IMG/VR virus record: IMGVR_UViG_3300042382_000594
Direction: 5' to 3' (one strand)
DNA length: 64,000 bases
Origin: a virus
Lineage: Duplodnaviria; Heunggongvirae; Uroviricota; Caudoviricetes
In this document: piece after piece, positions 52,812 to 62,942 of the stretch
Numbering within the stretch: position 1 is the first letter of the stretch
Layout of the letters: every line of letters begins with the position of its first letter
The notes under the pieces: model-generated
Told to the model about the DNA's origin: nothing
What the model saw: only the letters and a program-made list of their open reading frames with translations
Databases searched by the model: none
Translations under genes and position numbers: made by a program

Positions 52812-54932
52812 TTAGAATTTGCCTGCAATTTCAGTAAAGTCAACGCCAGTACGAACTGCTACGAAATTCAACTGGATAAAGTTAATAGATCTAGCTGGTT
52901 TAATATAAATATCACCAACAAATCTATTTGTATCAATAACTTCAGCTGTGTTGTTTGTGTCATCACAAACAACTTTAAAGTCGTAAATACCTCTACGCCC
53001 TTTTACATCTCTTAAGAATGGTTCAACCATAGACACAAATTGAGCTCTTGTAAATGCATCATTAAATTCAAATAGAGAGTATTTAGCCGCAATAGCAATT
53101 GCTTTTTCAAGAACGATAAACAATCTACGGACATTAATACGATCAAACGCAGATGGTTTTGTTTGCATAGTTTTATCGCCATATAAAATAATACCTTCAC
53201 CTGGAAATGCAACAACAGGATTAATACCATTTTTATACAATTCATCTCTTTGAGCTTTAGATGGATTCCATGATAATTTAATTGCATTCAAAATTTGACC
53301 GCGATTAAATCCAGCAGGAGACCACCATGGATCTCTAATATTATCAGTTCTCGCGCATAATCCAGCAATATCACCGTTTAATGGGACATAACGATATTTG
53401 TTATTGTATTTATCAAATTGATATTTCCATCCAGAATCAAATACTGAATATGATGTAGAAGGAGTTAACCCATTTCTATATTCAATAATATTATCTAAAT
53501 TAATAGATTCAACTGCATCAGCTCTAGTTGGAGAAACAAATGCAACGCAATCTTTTCTTTGATTTACGATATCCAATGCATGATTTACAACAGTTATATC
53601 ATTATCTCCAGTAAGAACTAAAGAAATATCAACTTCGTCAGGATTTGCAAATAAATCGTAAGAGGAATATATATCTGCTGTAGTTGGAGCAACATCAGTT
53701 CCTCCGGATAATTTACTTGAATAATTTTTTAATTTATCGAATTCTAAACCTGTGTCGCAAGTAGAACCCCAATTAGAAGATCCAACAAGGTGATCAGCTA
53801 CATAAACATATTTTGACGCATTAAAAAGTTTGGTTACATAATAATTCGGAGAACCGTCATCTGTTCTTGCATCATCAGCTTTAGATACATGAGAGTATTT
53901 CTCTAATACAGTATCTCTTTCTCCTGAAAATTTGCCATCGGTATCAATAACAATAATATGTATTTCATCATTTGCAGAAGTTTTTCCTGCTGCATAAACT
54001 GAAGTTCCTGGAGCTGAATCAAATGCAGATGCATATGCCCATTTTGTTGATGTTGTTAAATTGGTTACATTAGCACTCATTGGTTCAGATATTACAACTG
54101 ATGTTGTACGCGCATCTACTGCAGTAACGCTAACTACATCATAACTTGTTCCGCTAATAGTAATAATATCACCAGAAGATAAGAATGTATTAGCATATCC
54201 TGTATTTAAAATTACAGTAGAACTTGCTGATGTTGTATTTGCAGTTAATCCGGTTTTTAAGAAAGAATCTGATGAAGAGCAAACGCTAACAGTTAATGAA
54301 TTGCCGAATGTTCCAGGATAACGACCATAAAATCCACCAAATTTAGTAATTGATCCCGCTTCAAAATTTAGTTCGTAATCTTCTTCATTTGAAATGCTGA
54401 CATTAGTTTGATATGCTGGTAATGTAACAGAAGCCCCAGAAGTATCGCCGACTAAGTTATTATAAACAACAACTGTATTACCGCTAACTGTATTTGCAGT
54501 TAATGTAAATTGATTTCCACCTGGAGTTGTTACTTTAAATGTATCGCCGCGCGTTATATATGATGATACTTCATCAGTAAATACAACATTATTGCTTGCA
54601 CTAGCTGTAGTTGCAGTTAAATTTCCTAAATCGATAAAATCAGAAATACTTGTTGAGTTAAATGTATTTGAATTATCGATAGCTCTTACAACTCTAAGAT
54701 TGTTTGTATATGCTAAGAAATTTGCTGCTGTAAAAAATGATGTAAAATTGTTATTATTCGGTTTTCCGAAAATTGATGCTAATCTGTTTTCTGAGTCAAC
54801 TAATACTCTAATTGCCGCTGGTCCCCAGCTAAATTGCCCAGCAAATGCCCCAATAGAAGAACTTACGCCTGGAACGACGTTAGTTAAATCTATTTCAGAT
54901 ACATTTACTCCTGGCGATAATTGAAATCCCAT
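52812..54932 (-). CDS. 18: tail sheath protein gp18
   Basis: 706 aa. Position between g17 and g19. Thr/Ser-rich central insertion domain. Confidence 0.85.
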   Translation of the reverse strand: MGFQLSPGVNVSEIDLTNVVPGVSSSIGAFAGQFSWGPAAIRVLVDSENRLASIFGKPNNNNFTSFFTAANFLAYTNNLRVVRAIDNSNTFNSTSISDFIDLGNLTATTASASNNVVFTDEVSSYITRGDTFKVTTPGGNQFTLTANTVSGNTVVVYNNLVGDTSGASVTLPAYQTNVSISNEEDYELNFEAGSITKFGGFYGRYPGTFGNSLTVSVCSSSDSFLKTGLTANTTSASSTVILNTGYANTFLSSGDIITISGTSYDVVSVTAVDARTTSVVISEPMSANVTNLTTSTKWAYASAFDSAPGTSVYAAGKTSANDEIHIIVIDTDGKFSGERDTVLEKYSHVSKADDARTDDGSPNYYVTKLFNASKYVYVADHLVGSSNWGSTCDTGLEFDKLKNYSSKLSGGTDVAPTTADIYSSYDLFANPDEVDISLVLTGDNDITVVNHALDIVNQRKDCVAFVSPTRADAVESINLDNIIEYRNGLTPSTSYSVFDSGWKYQFDKYNNKYRYVPLNGDIAGLCARTDNIRDPWWSPAGFNRGQILNAIKLSWNPSKAQRDELYKNGINPVVAFPGEGIILYGDKTMQTKPSAFDRINVRRLFIVLEKAIAIAAKYSLFEFNDAFTRAQFVSMVEPFLRDVKGRRGIYDFKVVCDDTNNTAEVIDTNRFVGDIYIKPARSINFIQLNFVAVRTGVDFTEIAGKF

Positions 54933-54978
54933 AACTTATACTCCTTGTTAGTAAAATAGAAAATATCTTTCATGCAAG

Positions 54979-54986
54979 TATTTATA
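54979..54986 (-). promoter_or_regulatory. T4-type late promoter TATAAATA (minus strand) for gene 18
   Basis: Plus strand reads tatttata, about 47 nt upstream of the start. Confidence 0.45.
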
Positions 54987-55003
54987 ATTTTGGTATTTTA
55001 TGT

Positions 55004-56719
55004 TTAATAATAAAATGCTGCAGGTTGAACAGTTTCCCATAAATCTCCATCTTCTAATGTAAATCTATCCATTAATGGGTTACTAAATTGTGGCATAGGC
55101 GGAACATCAATATCATCTTCTTTAATATAATTATTTTCTATTTGTAATCTTTTGCGAATATCTGTAGAAGATAATTCTATAAATAATTTTTGAGTAGATA
55201 ACCAAGCAAAAATGACAAGAGTCATTGCTAAATCATCATTTGCACCTTCTTCAGCTGCAAATGAATTATTTGTTGCAATAAATCGAGTTAGTTCATATAT
55301 TGTTTCGCTAGAATTAATTCGTAATTTATCAGTTTCAATTAACGTTTTTAATGTAGTACACCCAACACGTTTTACTAATGGACTCATATTGACGCCATTT
55401 TGTGTTGCTTTACCGTTTTCGCTTATTTGTTGAGCTTTTTTATTTCCAGCATAAACTTTTAATACATTTTCATATTCTAAATCTTGAAATAGAGTATCTG
55501 CTACCGTTGGATTATTATTTACCTCAATTAATACATATGCGTTGTTGTAATATTCTCCAGCCATTTTAATAATATCTGGAAATAACATTGGATGCAATTG
55601 ATTATTTCTATATGTAGCTACTTGAGTATATGGAATTGTTGATACATCAAAAATAGAAAATGCGGCATAATCTAAGTTTTTCCCTTCTGAAACGTCAACA
55701 GTCATTGCATAGATGTGATCTTTATCTATTTGTTTTTTCGTTTCTTCATCAAATGATTCTTTAACTGGAGGAATAAATACATCCATTTCATTTGGAATTG
55801 TTATTCCGGAGAATATTTCATCATCTGTATCTAATGGATCTATTGCAACAAGAGTTTGTAATTTAGATCCGTCGATTAATGTATTTGTAGAACCTAAAAA
55901 TTCGCAACCAAATTCTTGGTTAAACTGACGAGCAGAAGTATTTCTAATCGTAGTTTCTTTCCAGTTTTCATCGCGCCCTGGAACTCTAGACCAATGAATA
56001 TCAACAGCTTTATAATCACTCTTTTTACTTACTGCATCCATCCACATTTTGTAGTATAAATTCATACCACGAGGAGTAGATACAATAATAATTTTTGTAG
56101 TTTTACCTGATGAAATTACAGGATATGTTGAAGTAAAGAATTCTTCTGCTAAGTTATTATGAACGTGAGCAAACTCGTCCATAAATACAAGGTTAAATGA
56201 TCCGCCACGAACAGAAGAAGCAGCAGTAGAAGCTGCTAACATCTTAGAACCATTTTCTAACTCAATACTACCTTTATTCCATATAACAATACCTTGTTGT
56301 AGCCACATAGGTAAATTTTCATATGCTAATTGGTATCTAGATAGAATCTCAACAGCTAATGATTTTTTATTGGCAGTAATAGCAATGTTATAATTTTCAG
56401 TAAATAGCGATAACCATAAAAGATAACCAACAGATGTGGTGGTTTTACCTGATTGTCGACCAATTCTTACAATAGAAAATCTATTCTCATGAAATGCTTG
56501 AACCATTTCTTCTTGGTAATCATGCATATCAAAATAAACAAGACCTTCATCAAGATTAATAATTTTTACATAATTTCTAATAAAATATATTGGATTATTA
56601 ATACATTTTCTAATCTCATCTCTTTGGAATTCATCAAATTCCCAATTTTCAATGCCTGCTCTTCTTAAATTAGGGTTATCTCTATAATATAATTTATTAC
56701 TGCCTTCAAAATCAATCAT
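55004..56719 (-). CDS. 17: terminase large subunit gp17
   Basis: ATPase Walker A GRQSGKTT, Walker B VFMDE, C-terminal RNase-H-like nuclease region. 571 aa. Confidence 0.9.
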   Translation of the reverse strand: MIDFEGSNKLYYRDNPNLRRAGIENWEFDEFQRDEIRKCINNPIYFIRNYVKIINLDEGLVYFDMHDYQEEMVQAFHENRFSIVRIGRQSGKTTTSVGYLLWLSLFTENYNIAITANKKSLAVEILSRYQLAYENLPMWLQQGIVIWNKGSIELENGSKMLAASTAASSVRGGSFNLVFMDEFAHVHNNLAEEFFTSTYPVISSGKTTKIIIVSTPRGMNLYYKMWMDAVSKKSDYKAVDIHWSRVPGRDENWKETTIRNTSARQFNQEFGCEFLGSTNTLIDGSKLQTLVAIDPLDTDDEIFSGITIPNEMDVFIPPVKESFDEETKKQIDKDHIYAMTVDVSEGKNLDYAAFSIFDVSTIPYTQVATYRNNQLHPMLFPDIIKMAGEYYNNAYVLIEVNNNPTVADTLFQDLEYENVLKVYAGNKKAQQISENGKATQNGVNMSPLVKRVGCTTLKTLIETDKLRINSSETIYELTRFIATNNSFAAEEGANDDLAMTLVIFAWLSTQKLFIELSSTDIRKRLQIENNYIKEDDIDVPPMPQFSNPLMDRFTLEDGDLWETVQPAAFYY

Positions 56720-57147
56720 TCAGTATTCTCATTTTTAATAGATCTTATTAAATCTTTTGTGGATCCAACGAAAACTGCATTTTTTATATTTTGTGTAACG
56801 GTTTCTTTTTTTCCGGTAATGTCGCGCATTTTCTTTTGAACTTCTAGTAGTTCTTTTGATGCATCAACAACAGTTTTGATCATATTACCTGCGACTTCAA
56901 AATCGCGAGCTTTTTCTGATTGCCTAGCAATAGCTAACATATCATCAATTGCTTCAGTTCCTTTTGATATTAATATATCGATACTTTCGCGGGTTCTTTC
57001 GTAATCAGTTTTTAAATCATGATCGAGTAATGTTGAAAGGTCATGCGTTGATTCTACAGGTAAAAATTCTGCAAATTCAGTTTCTTCTTCTGTCACCGGT
57101 GAAGGAACGTTAAATAAATCCTCCATCGTTCTATTAAATTTACTCAT
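56716..57147 (-). CDS. 16: terminase small subunit gp16 (by position)
   Basis: 143-aa ORF directly upstream of, and overlapping, gp17. Confidence 0.5.
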   Translation of the reverse strand: MSKFNRTMEDLFNVPSPVTEEETEFAEFLPVESTHDLSTLLDHDLKTDYERTRESIDILISKGTEAIDDMLAIARQSEKARDFEVAGNMIKTVVDASKELLEVQKKMRDITGKKETVTQNIKNAVFVGSTKDLIRSIKNENTE

Positions 57148-57150
57148 AAG

Positions 57151-58113
57151 TTATATTGTTTTATCAATTATTACTACATCTAATGCATATGGACCAATTG
57201 GTGGAAAAGTATTTGGAGTTGGAGTTATTGATGTTGCATAAACTAATCCGCTTTCGGGTAATTCTCCTATAAAATATTCTGCAGATCCTGCAACATTTCT
57301 TAGTAATGCGTGTTTAGTAAATGAGCCTATTACATTTGACACAGATAATATTTTTGTATATTTATCCCATGAAGCCACTGTTGCTTTTGCTGAAGCTGTG
57401 TCATAATTATATCCTTGATATATATTTTCCCCTCCAACAAAATCACCGAATCCATCAATTAATTTTAAATTAATGTAAGTATAATTTTGAGGAATATACA
57501 TATTTGTATTCGCAGTTAAAATTGGAATATATGTTAATGGCGGTTGGTAAATAAAACTTCTGGCTGTAAATGTTAACGTTCTAAATACAGATCTAACTGG
57601 AGAATCAAATGAACCTGTTGAATCTTCTTCTTCGGAATCTCCATTAAATGTTACGGGTATAGTTTTAATTATACCTGCTTCCGGAACCATAACGATACGC
57701 ATATTATAATCCGGTTGAAAATGCGACAAAATATATTCCATTATTTGATTGGCATCTTCAATATTTCTTGTGTACAATATTAATTCAAAATTAAAATTAT
57801 ATGGAATAGGTGAATTAACATAAGTATCTCCTAATCCAGCGCACCCCATCAATTTATTTACAGGGTTTAATTTTCTATCTACATCATACTCCATGGTCGT
57901 TAACCCATATTCAATACGAGGTAAAGTTATTTGGACTTTTTCGCGCGAAATATCTAATCTTTTTACATATTTTTCTTTATCGCCATAGATAATAGGAACT
58001 ATCATTCTTTCTACTTCTATCCCATTATCATCGTATTTTATTAATGGAATATCTTTAAATAAACTAGCAAATGCAATGGTAGTTTTTCTTATTGATTGTA
58101 ATCTATATGTCAT
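57151..58113 (-). CDS. 15: tail sheath stabilizer/completion protein gp15 (by position)
   Basis: 320 aa between the g14 and g16 homologues. Confidence 0.45.
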   Translation of the reverse strand: MTYRLQSIRKTTIAFASLFKDIPLIKYDDNGIEVERMIVPIIYGDKEKYVKRLDISREKVQITLPRIEYGLTTMEYDVDRKLNPVNKLMGCAGLGDTYVNSPIPYNFNFELILYTRNIEDANQIMEYILSHFQPDYNMRIVMVPEAGIIKTIPVTFNGDSEEEDSTGSFDSPVRSVFRTLTFTARSFIYQPPLTYIPILTANTNMYIPQNYTYINLKLIDGFGDFVGGENIYQGYNYDTASAKATVASWDKYTKILSVSNVIGSFTKHALLRNVAGSAEYFIGELPESGLVYATSITPTPNTFPPIGPYALDVVIIDKTI

Positions 58114-58122
58114 ATTTTACCC

Positions 58123-58986
58123 TTAGTATTTTAAACTACCAAAACCTTGTGATGAGTCTAAGAATCCAATAACTTCATTAAATATTGGTAAATTATCGAA
58201 TTGAGATTCACGAATTTTCGTATCAACGACAGTTAATAAATAGCTAGAATTACTTGTTTGACCAACAATAGATCCTGCTGTGTTAGAGAATTCCCCTTTG
58301 GTATTCATTACAACTAATATTGTATTTGCTGCATCCCAAGAAACTACTTCAGCTTGAGCTAATTTATTATTTGCAGCTCCTTGATAAATAATTTCGCCAG
58401 CCACGTAATTACCGGTTCCATTTTGAACGTCAATTATCGTTTTATATGCTTCAATAAGTTCTATTTCATCAATAAACTCAATACCAGTATCAAGGCTTTC
58501 GTCATTATATTTGAACGGTTCAAGAGATAATTCGTAATAAAATGGTCTTATTCTACCTAGAGTATATAAATCTTTTGATGTGTTAACAAACTTAATTTCA
58601 AATAATTCGCCTGAATCTTTAAAAAATGGAATAAAAATTAAATTTCCTTCCTTTGGAACTTCGAACTGATTATTAGTTCGTTTCATAAATTCTTTAAAGG
58701 TAAATTGAATTTTAGTCTGGTTTCTTACTTCCAATCCAAATTTAGAAAAGAAATCCTGTTCGTCTCCATAATCCATTGTATTGACAAGATACATATCCAT
58801 TTTATACGCGTCATCAAAATGCTTTAAAGGATCGTCTCCATAGATCAAATCTCGTCCTTCAACGTTCGTATTTGGAATATAGTACCCGCTAAAGCCTTGG
58901 ATATTTATCGCCTCGTTGTAGAGATCCTCAATTAAATTTATCTCGACTGCAGGTTTACCATAATTCTGAAAATATTTACTTGGCAT
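58123..58986 (-). CDS. 14: neck protein gp14 (by position)
   Basis: 287 aa downstream of g13. Confidence 0.45.
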   Translation of the reverse strand: MPSKYFQNYGKPAVEINLIEDLYNEAINIQGFSGYYIPNTNVEGRDLIYGDDPLKHFDDAYKMDMYLVNTMDYGDEQDFFSKFGLEVRNQTKIQFTFKEFMKRTNNQFEVPKEGNLIFIPFFKDSGELFEIKFVNTSKDLYTLGRIRPFYYELSLEPFKYNDESLDTGIEFIDEIELIEAYKTIIDVQNGTGNYVAGEIIYQGAANNKLAQAEVVSWDAANTILVVMNTKGEFSNTAGSIVGQTSNSSYLLTVVDTKIRESQFDNLPIFNEVIGFLDSSQGFGSLKY

Positions 58987-58991
58987 AATGT

Positions 58992-59738
58992 TTATCCAAC
59001 TAAAAATTGAACAGGCAATTCGTATCTATCTTGCATTTCAGTTTCTAATCTTTGAATATCTGCTGTTGCCTCATCATATGTTTCTTTTCCGTTTAATGTT
59101 AATCCACCTGGAAGTTGAATACCGCCAAATTTTTTCATATTATCACCCCATTGACGTTTAAACAATGAAGTAACGTATTCTTTTAGCCAACGGTCATTAT
59201 AAACGCTTTCATATGTTTCTGGATCAATAGCTTTATATCCTTCTGCAATTACATTAGTACCAACTGGTATTTGAGCAGAACCCCAACCCCAATCAACATA
59301 TAACTTACGAGTATGCCTTTGAAATCTAATTGGAACGTCTCCAGTAAACATCTCGCTTAAATTTTGGAGATGTTGCATTGTAATAGAGAAATTAGTATAT
59401 GACGTCGATGTAAAATCATATAATTCATGGAGGCGAAGTTGATATCTTAAATCAAACATATTATTTTTTGTAATTGTATCATTAAGAGGAAATACTCTTG
59501 TAATACCTAAAATGCCTGGATCGACATTAAAATACCTTTGATTAACATCTTCTTGTGTAATTACATGCATCCAATAAAAAGATTCAGTTGCATCATAATG
59601 GTAATCTTGATAGAATTGTAATGCATCATCTATTCTATCTTCTAATTGATTATCATCAACATTTATCTTTATTACTGGAGCACCTAATCTTCTTAGAGCA
59701 TAATCTTTTAATTCATCTCTTGTTGTAACATGTGCCAT
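58992..59738 (-). CDS. 13: neck protein gp13
   Basis: ELKDYALRRLGAPVIKINV aligns with T4 gp13 ELKDVILRRLGAPIINVEL. The C-terminus LPGGLTLNGKE resembles LPGGVTIDGQR. Confidence 0.8.
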   Translation of the reverse strand: MAHVTTRDELKDYALRRLGAPVIKINVDDNQLEDRIDDALQFYQDYHYDATESFYWMHVITQEDVNQRYFNVDPGILGITRVFPLNDTITKNNMFDLRYQLRLHELYDFTSTSYTNFSITMQHLQNLSEMFTGDVPIRFQRHTRKLYVDWGWGSAQIPVGTNVIAEGYKAIDPETYESVYNDRWLKEYVTSLFKRQWGDNMKKFGGIQLPGGLTLNGKETYDEATADIQRLETEMQDRYELPVQFLVG

Positions 59739-59769
59739 GGAAAATCCTTTTATTTTAAACTTTATTATC

Positions 59770-59777
59770 TATTTATA
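59770..59777 (-). promoter_or_regulatory. T4-type late promoter TATAAATA (minus strand) for gene 13
   Basis: Plus strand reads tatttata, about 32 nt upstream of the start. Confidence 0.45.
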
Positions 59778-59791
59778 ATAAAAGGATTATT

Positions 59792-60193
59792 TTAAAATAA
59801 TGCTTTTTTTACTTGTGTAGCCCAATAATATGCGTGCTTACTATCAACCCTAACGTTAAAATTATTTGGTTTTTCAAATATTTTATTTGTATTCTCGTAT
59901 TCGCATCTATCAATCGTATCCATAAATATCATTAAATCTGCTCTAAAATATTTTCTAATTTCGTTAGTTGGAGCAACGAAATCACAAATAACATAATCAG
60001 CTTTAGAATCCTCGGCTAATCTTTTTATTCTATCACATTGACGAATTCTTCCTTGATCGCTAAAATCCCAATCATTATACTGTTTTCTAATCTCATCTGC
60101 ATTAAACCATTCAGAATTTGGTAAAATTTTAGCCAATTCCCTTGCTAATGTTGTTTTACCGGAATTAGGTAATCCCATTATTAAAATTTTCAT
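59792..60193 (-). CDS. adenylylsulfate (APS) kinase-like P-loop kinase, short form
   Basis: [17 protein letters not shown] matches [43 protein letters not shown] matches [44 protein letters not shown] matches the CysC ISP motif. Confidence 0.5.
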   Translation of the reverse strand: [133 protein letters not shown]

Positions 60194-60201
60194 GTTTTTC
60201 T

Positions 60202-60765
60202 CTATTGGTGAGTATGATATCTTGGTGGCTTATGGATAATTGCATTGATTCTAACTTGACTGCATACATTTCCATATGTATTAGATATATCAATAATTTC
60301 TTGCATATTATGATTAGACATATCAGTATCACAATCATAAGCTACTTGTGATACTTCTATATCAACATTGCACTGATACCCTAATGTAGTTTCCTGACCC
60401 CCAGATTCAATTGTTTGTTTATTTCTATGTTGATTAAACATATCAATTGTAACAGGCGTAATTTTTCTGCAGTGTGTTGGGTCGTGGTGAAAGTTCTCGT
60501 GATTATGATGCGGAACTACAATCTTTAATTGACCTTGATCGCTTAAAATTCTATAAAATTCTTTAATAATATTTAAAAAGGTATCTGTTTGCTGCCCAAG
60601 ATGTTCTAATACATGATTAAGAATAATTTCGTCAACAGAATTATCATCGAACGGTAATTTAGTTTCTAAATTTGCTATTACATCAGGGTTACAATTTTGA
60701 TCATAATCGACGTTGATATATCCATCTAATTTATTATATCCGCACCCAAGGTTTAATTTAATCAT
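60202..60765 (-). CDS. class I SAM-dependent methyltransferase
   Basis: LNLGCGYNKLDGYINVD (motif I) and LPFDDNSVDEIILNHVLEHL (motifs II/III). Confidence 0.7.
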   Translation of the reverse strand: MIKLNLGCGYNKLDGYINVDYDQNCNPDVIANLETKLPFDDNSVDEIILNHVLEHLGQQTDTFLNIIKEFYRILSDQGQLKIVVPHHNHENFHHDPTHCRKITPVTIDMFNQHRNKQTIESGGQETTLGYQCNVDIEVSQVAYDCDTDMSNHNMQEIIDISNTYGNVCSQVRINAIIHKPPRYHTHQ

Positions 60766-62114
60766 AATAAATTGTTATTGTTAGGTAGGGAAATGGTGGA
60801 ATTTCCATATACTTGTCTGATTTCTAATTTCGATTTGAGTTGATTCATTGGTTCTGCCCATGATTTCCATTTAATTTGTCTTAATAGAGTCGTATTCTTA
60901 TACCAGATAGTTGATGTATCTGTTGTTGAACTCCATAGATAGTATTCAAATATTGGAGTAAAAATATAAGTTTCTTTTCCTAATGCTCCAGCTGCATGAG
61001 GCACAGAAGTACAGCTGGAAACGACATAATCTAAATTATATATTAATCCTAGAGTATCATCAAATGTTTTTAATTTAGCCGATAAATCAATTATTGGTCT
61101 AATGTTGGAATGAATTGGTTCTTGATGTAATGAAACTAATACTGCTTGTTCCGAAATATTAGATACTAATTCGTCTAAATCTAGAGTTCGATGTAAATTA
61201 TGTTCGTATCCTATTTCTCCATAATATTTAATACCAACGCAACCTCTATATTGTTTAAACTTTTCGATAGATTCAGGAGTAGCTGTTAAGTAAGGTCCTT
61301 TATCAATTTCATGTTCATCTAGATTTAATAGGTACGGTAATCTCATAGAAACACACCAAACTGTATATTTGGTTGAGTCTAATTCAGTCACGTGTTCGAT
61401 TGCTTGATATCCCATTCTAATAATAATATCTCGAATATCTTTTCTATGAGTCTTCCATACTGGGATCATACCTAACGCTTTAATATTTTCAAGAAATCTT
61501 ATGTTAATAATTTCATCGCCATATCCGCCATAAGATTCAATTAATAATACTGCATCTTGAATAGGAGTTTTATCCCAATAATCGAAATTGTATTTATTGG
61601 TTTCTTTAGGTTTAGAGTTATCCCAAATACAAGACAACCCTTTATTAAATTCATGTCTTGATAGATAATATGCGGTAAGATTATGTTTGACTGCATTACG
61701 AATTGCTGAATTATTAGACTTTTGTTCAAGTTCTAATAAAAGCTTATTAGCTTCATCCCTATTATTTAACAATGATAAAGATATAGACTTTTCAATTAAC
61801 ACATCTTCATTATTGGGGGTTTTATTAAGCACCCAGTTTGACAATTCCAATGATTTATGTGGCTCATTTAATAAATTATAAACTCGAGTTAAATTAACTT
61901 TAATAAAATATTCTTCTTGCTCGGTAGCAATCTCTAATTCTCTAATTGCTAAGTCTATAACTTCTTGATAAAAATGAAGTTTATCGTAAATTACAATAAT
62001 TTCATCCATTTGCTCTATCGTAAATGCATGTAATTCAAAAGTTTTAAGTAATTCGCGCGCCAAATTACTTTTATTATTGTCATGCAAAAACATAGCTATT
62101 TCTAACAACGTCAT
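60762..62114 (-). CDS. TPR-repeat N-terminal domain fused to GT9-family (heptosyltransferase-like) glycosyltransferase
   Basis: C-terminal LIYNLDYVVSSCTSVPHAAGALGKETYIFTPIFEYYLW matches the heptosyltransferase signature LI...DL.I..DSGPMHLAAALG.P.V.LFGPT. The N-terminal 170 aa are helical repeats. Confidence 0.55.
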   Translation of the reverse strand: MTLLEIAMFLHDNNKSNLARELLKTFELHAFTIEQMDEIIVIYDKLHFYQEVIDLAIRELEIATEQEEYFIKVNLTRVYNLLNEPHKSLELSNWVLNKTPNNEDVLIEKSISLSLLNNRDEANKLLLELEQKSNNSAIRNAVKHNLTAYYLSRHEFNKGLSCIWDNSKPKETNKYNFDYWDKTPIQDAVLLIESYGGYGDEIINIRFLENIKALGMIPVWKTHRKDIRDIIIRMGYQAIEHVTELDSTKYTVWCVSMRLPYLLNLDEHEIDKGPYLTATPESIEKFKQYRGCVGIKYYGEIGYEHNLHRTLDLDELVSNISEQAVLVSLHQEPIHSNIRPIIDLSAKLKTFDDTLGLIYNLDYVVSSCTSVPHAAGALGKETYIFTPIFEYYLWSSTTDTSTIWYKNTTLLRQIKWKSWAEPMNQLKSKLEIRQVYGNSTISLPNNNNLL

Positions 62115-62136
62115 ACTATAATTTCTCGTTTATATG

Positions 62137-62904
62137 TTATTTCCAGAATTCCATACCTTTTACATGCTGTTGAATATCTGGCGGAATAATACATGGTCTA
62201 TTAATAAATGATACTTTCTTTCTGGTAGTATGTAATCCAGGCATATTAACATCGGCATCAAATTCATCAAATGAAAATTCCACGTCATCAAAATTATGTT
62301 CGAAATACGGTTTTTCTATAAATTTGTAAATTCGTTGCATCTCAACTTTAGGATTTTTAGCTAAATTTTCATAATCTACTATTAACATCATTGATCGTTC
62401 TGTTGAAAAATACCCTTGTTTTAATGCATGATACGCAAACCCAAGAGTTCTATTATCACTTAATAATGTCTGAGTTCTTGTATAAACATTAACGTTTTCT
62501 TCAGGGGAAAACATACTAGAAGCTGTATATGGATTTTTTCTAATCAACGTTTCGAATGAATCTAAAATCCATCTAATCTCTCTAACACAAACAATTACCT
62601 TAGCTTGAGGAAATAAATCCTTCAATAATGGTAACATTAATGGATATCCACGATTTGTATCAAAATGTACTTTATCGCCTTCAAAATATGTATCAAAGAT
62701 AGATTTAATAATTGCTTTACGTTTTAATTCTGTGCATTGAAATCTATAACCACCTTGATCAGATGATTGTTCAATAATTGCTCTGGTAAATCTAGCAACT
62801 GGACCTGAGATAGATGCATTAAAATCTGGATTTTGATTTAATATTGTTGATAATAATGTAGTTCCTGAACGAGGTAATCCCGTAATGAAGTTGTATTCTT
62901 TCAT
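62137..62904 (-). CDS. sulfotransferase-family protein
   Basis: N-terminal ITGLPRSGTTLLSTIL matches the PAPS 5'-phosphosulfate-binding motif (PKSGTTWL). 255 aa. Confidence 0.55.
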   Translation of the reverse strand: MKEYNFITGLPRSGTTLLSTILNQNPDFNASISGPVARFTRAIIEQSSDQGGYRFQCTELKRKAIIKSIFDTYFEGDKVHFDTNRGYPLMLPLLKDLFPQAKVIVCVREIRWILDSFETLIRKNPYTASSMFSPEENVNVYTRTQTLLSDNRTLGFAYHALKQGYFSTERSMMLIVDYENLAKNPKVEMQRIYKFIEKPYFEHNFDDVEFSFDEFDADVNMPGLHTTRKKVSFINRPCIIPPDIQQHVKGMEFWK

Positions 62905-62942
62905 AATATAATTCTCTGTTGTTAATAATATAATTATATATA

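Noticed and set aside
53012-54924. ORFs 53012..53287 (-) and 54592..54924 (+) within gp18
   Set aside because: Alternate or antisense frames of the tail sheath gene.
55212-56668. ORFs 55212..55433 (+) and 56453..56668 (+) within gp17
   Set aside because: Antisense to the terminase large subunit.
61541-61881. ORFs 61541..61729 (-) and 61687..61881 (+) inside the TPR-GT9 gene
   Set aside because: Alternate or antisense frames. Low-complexity.
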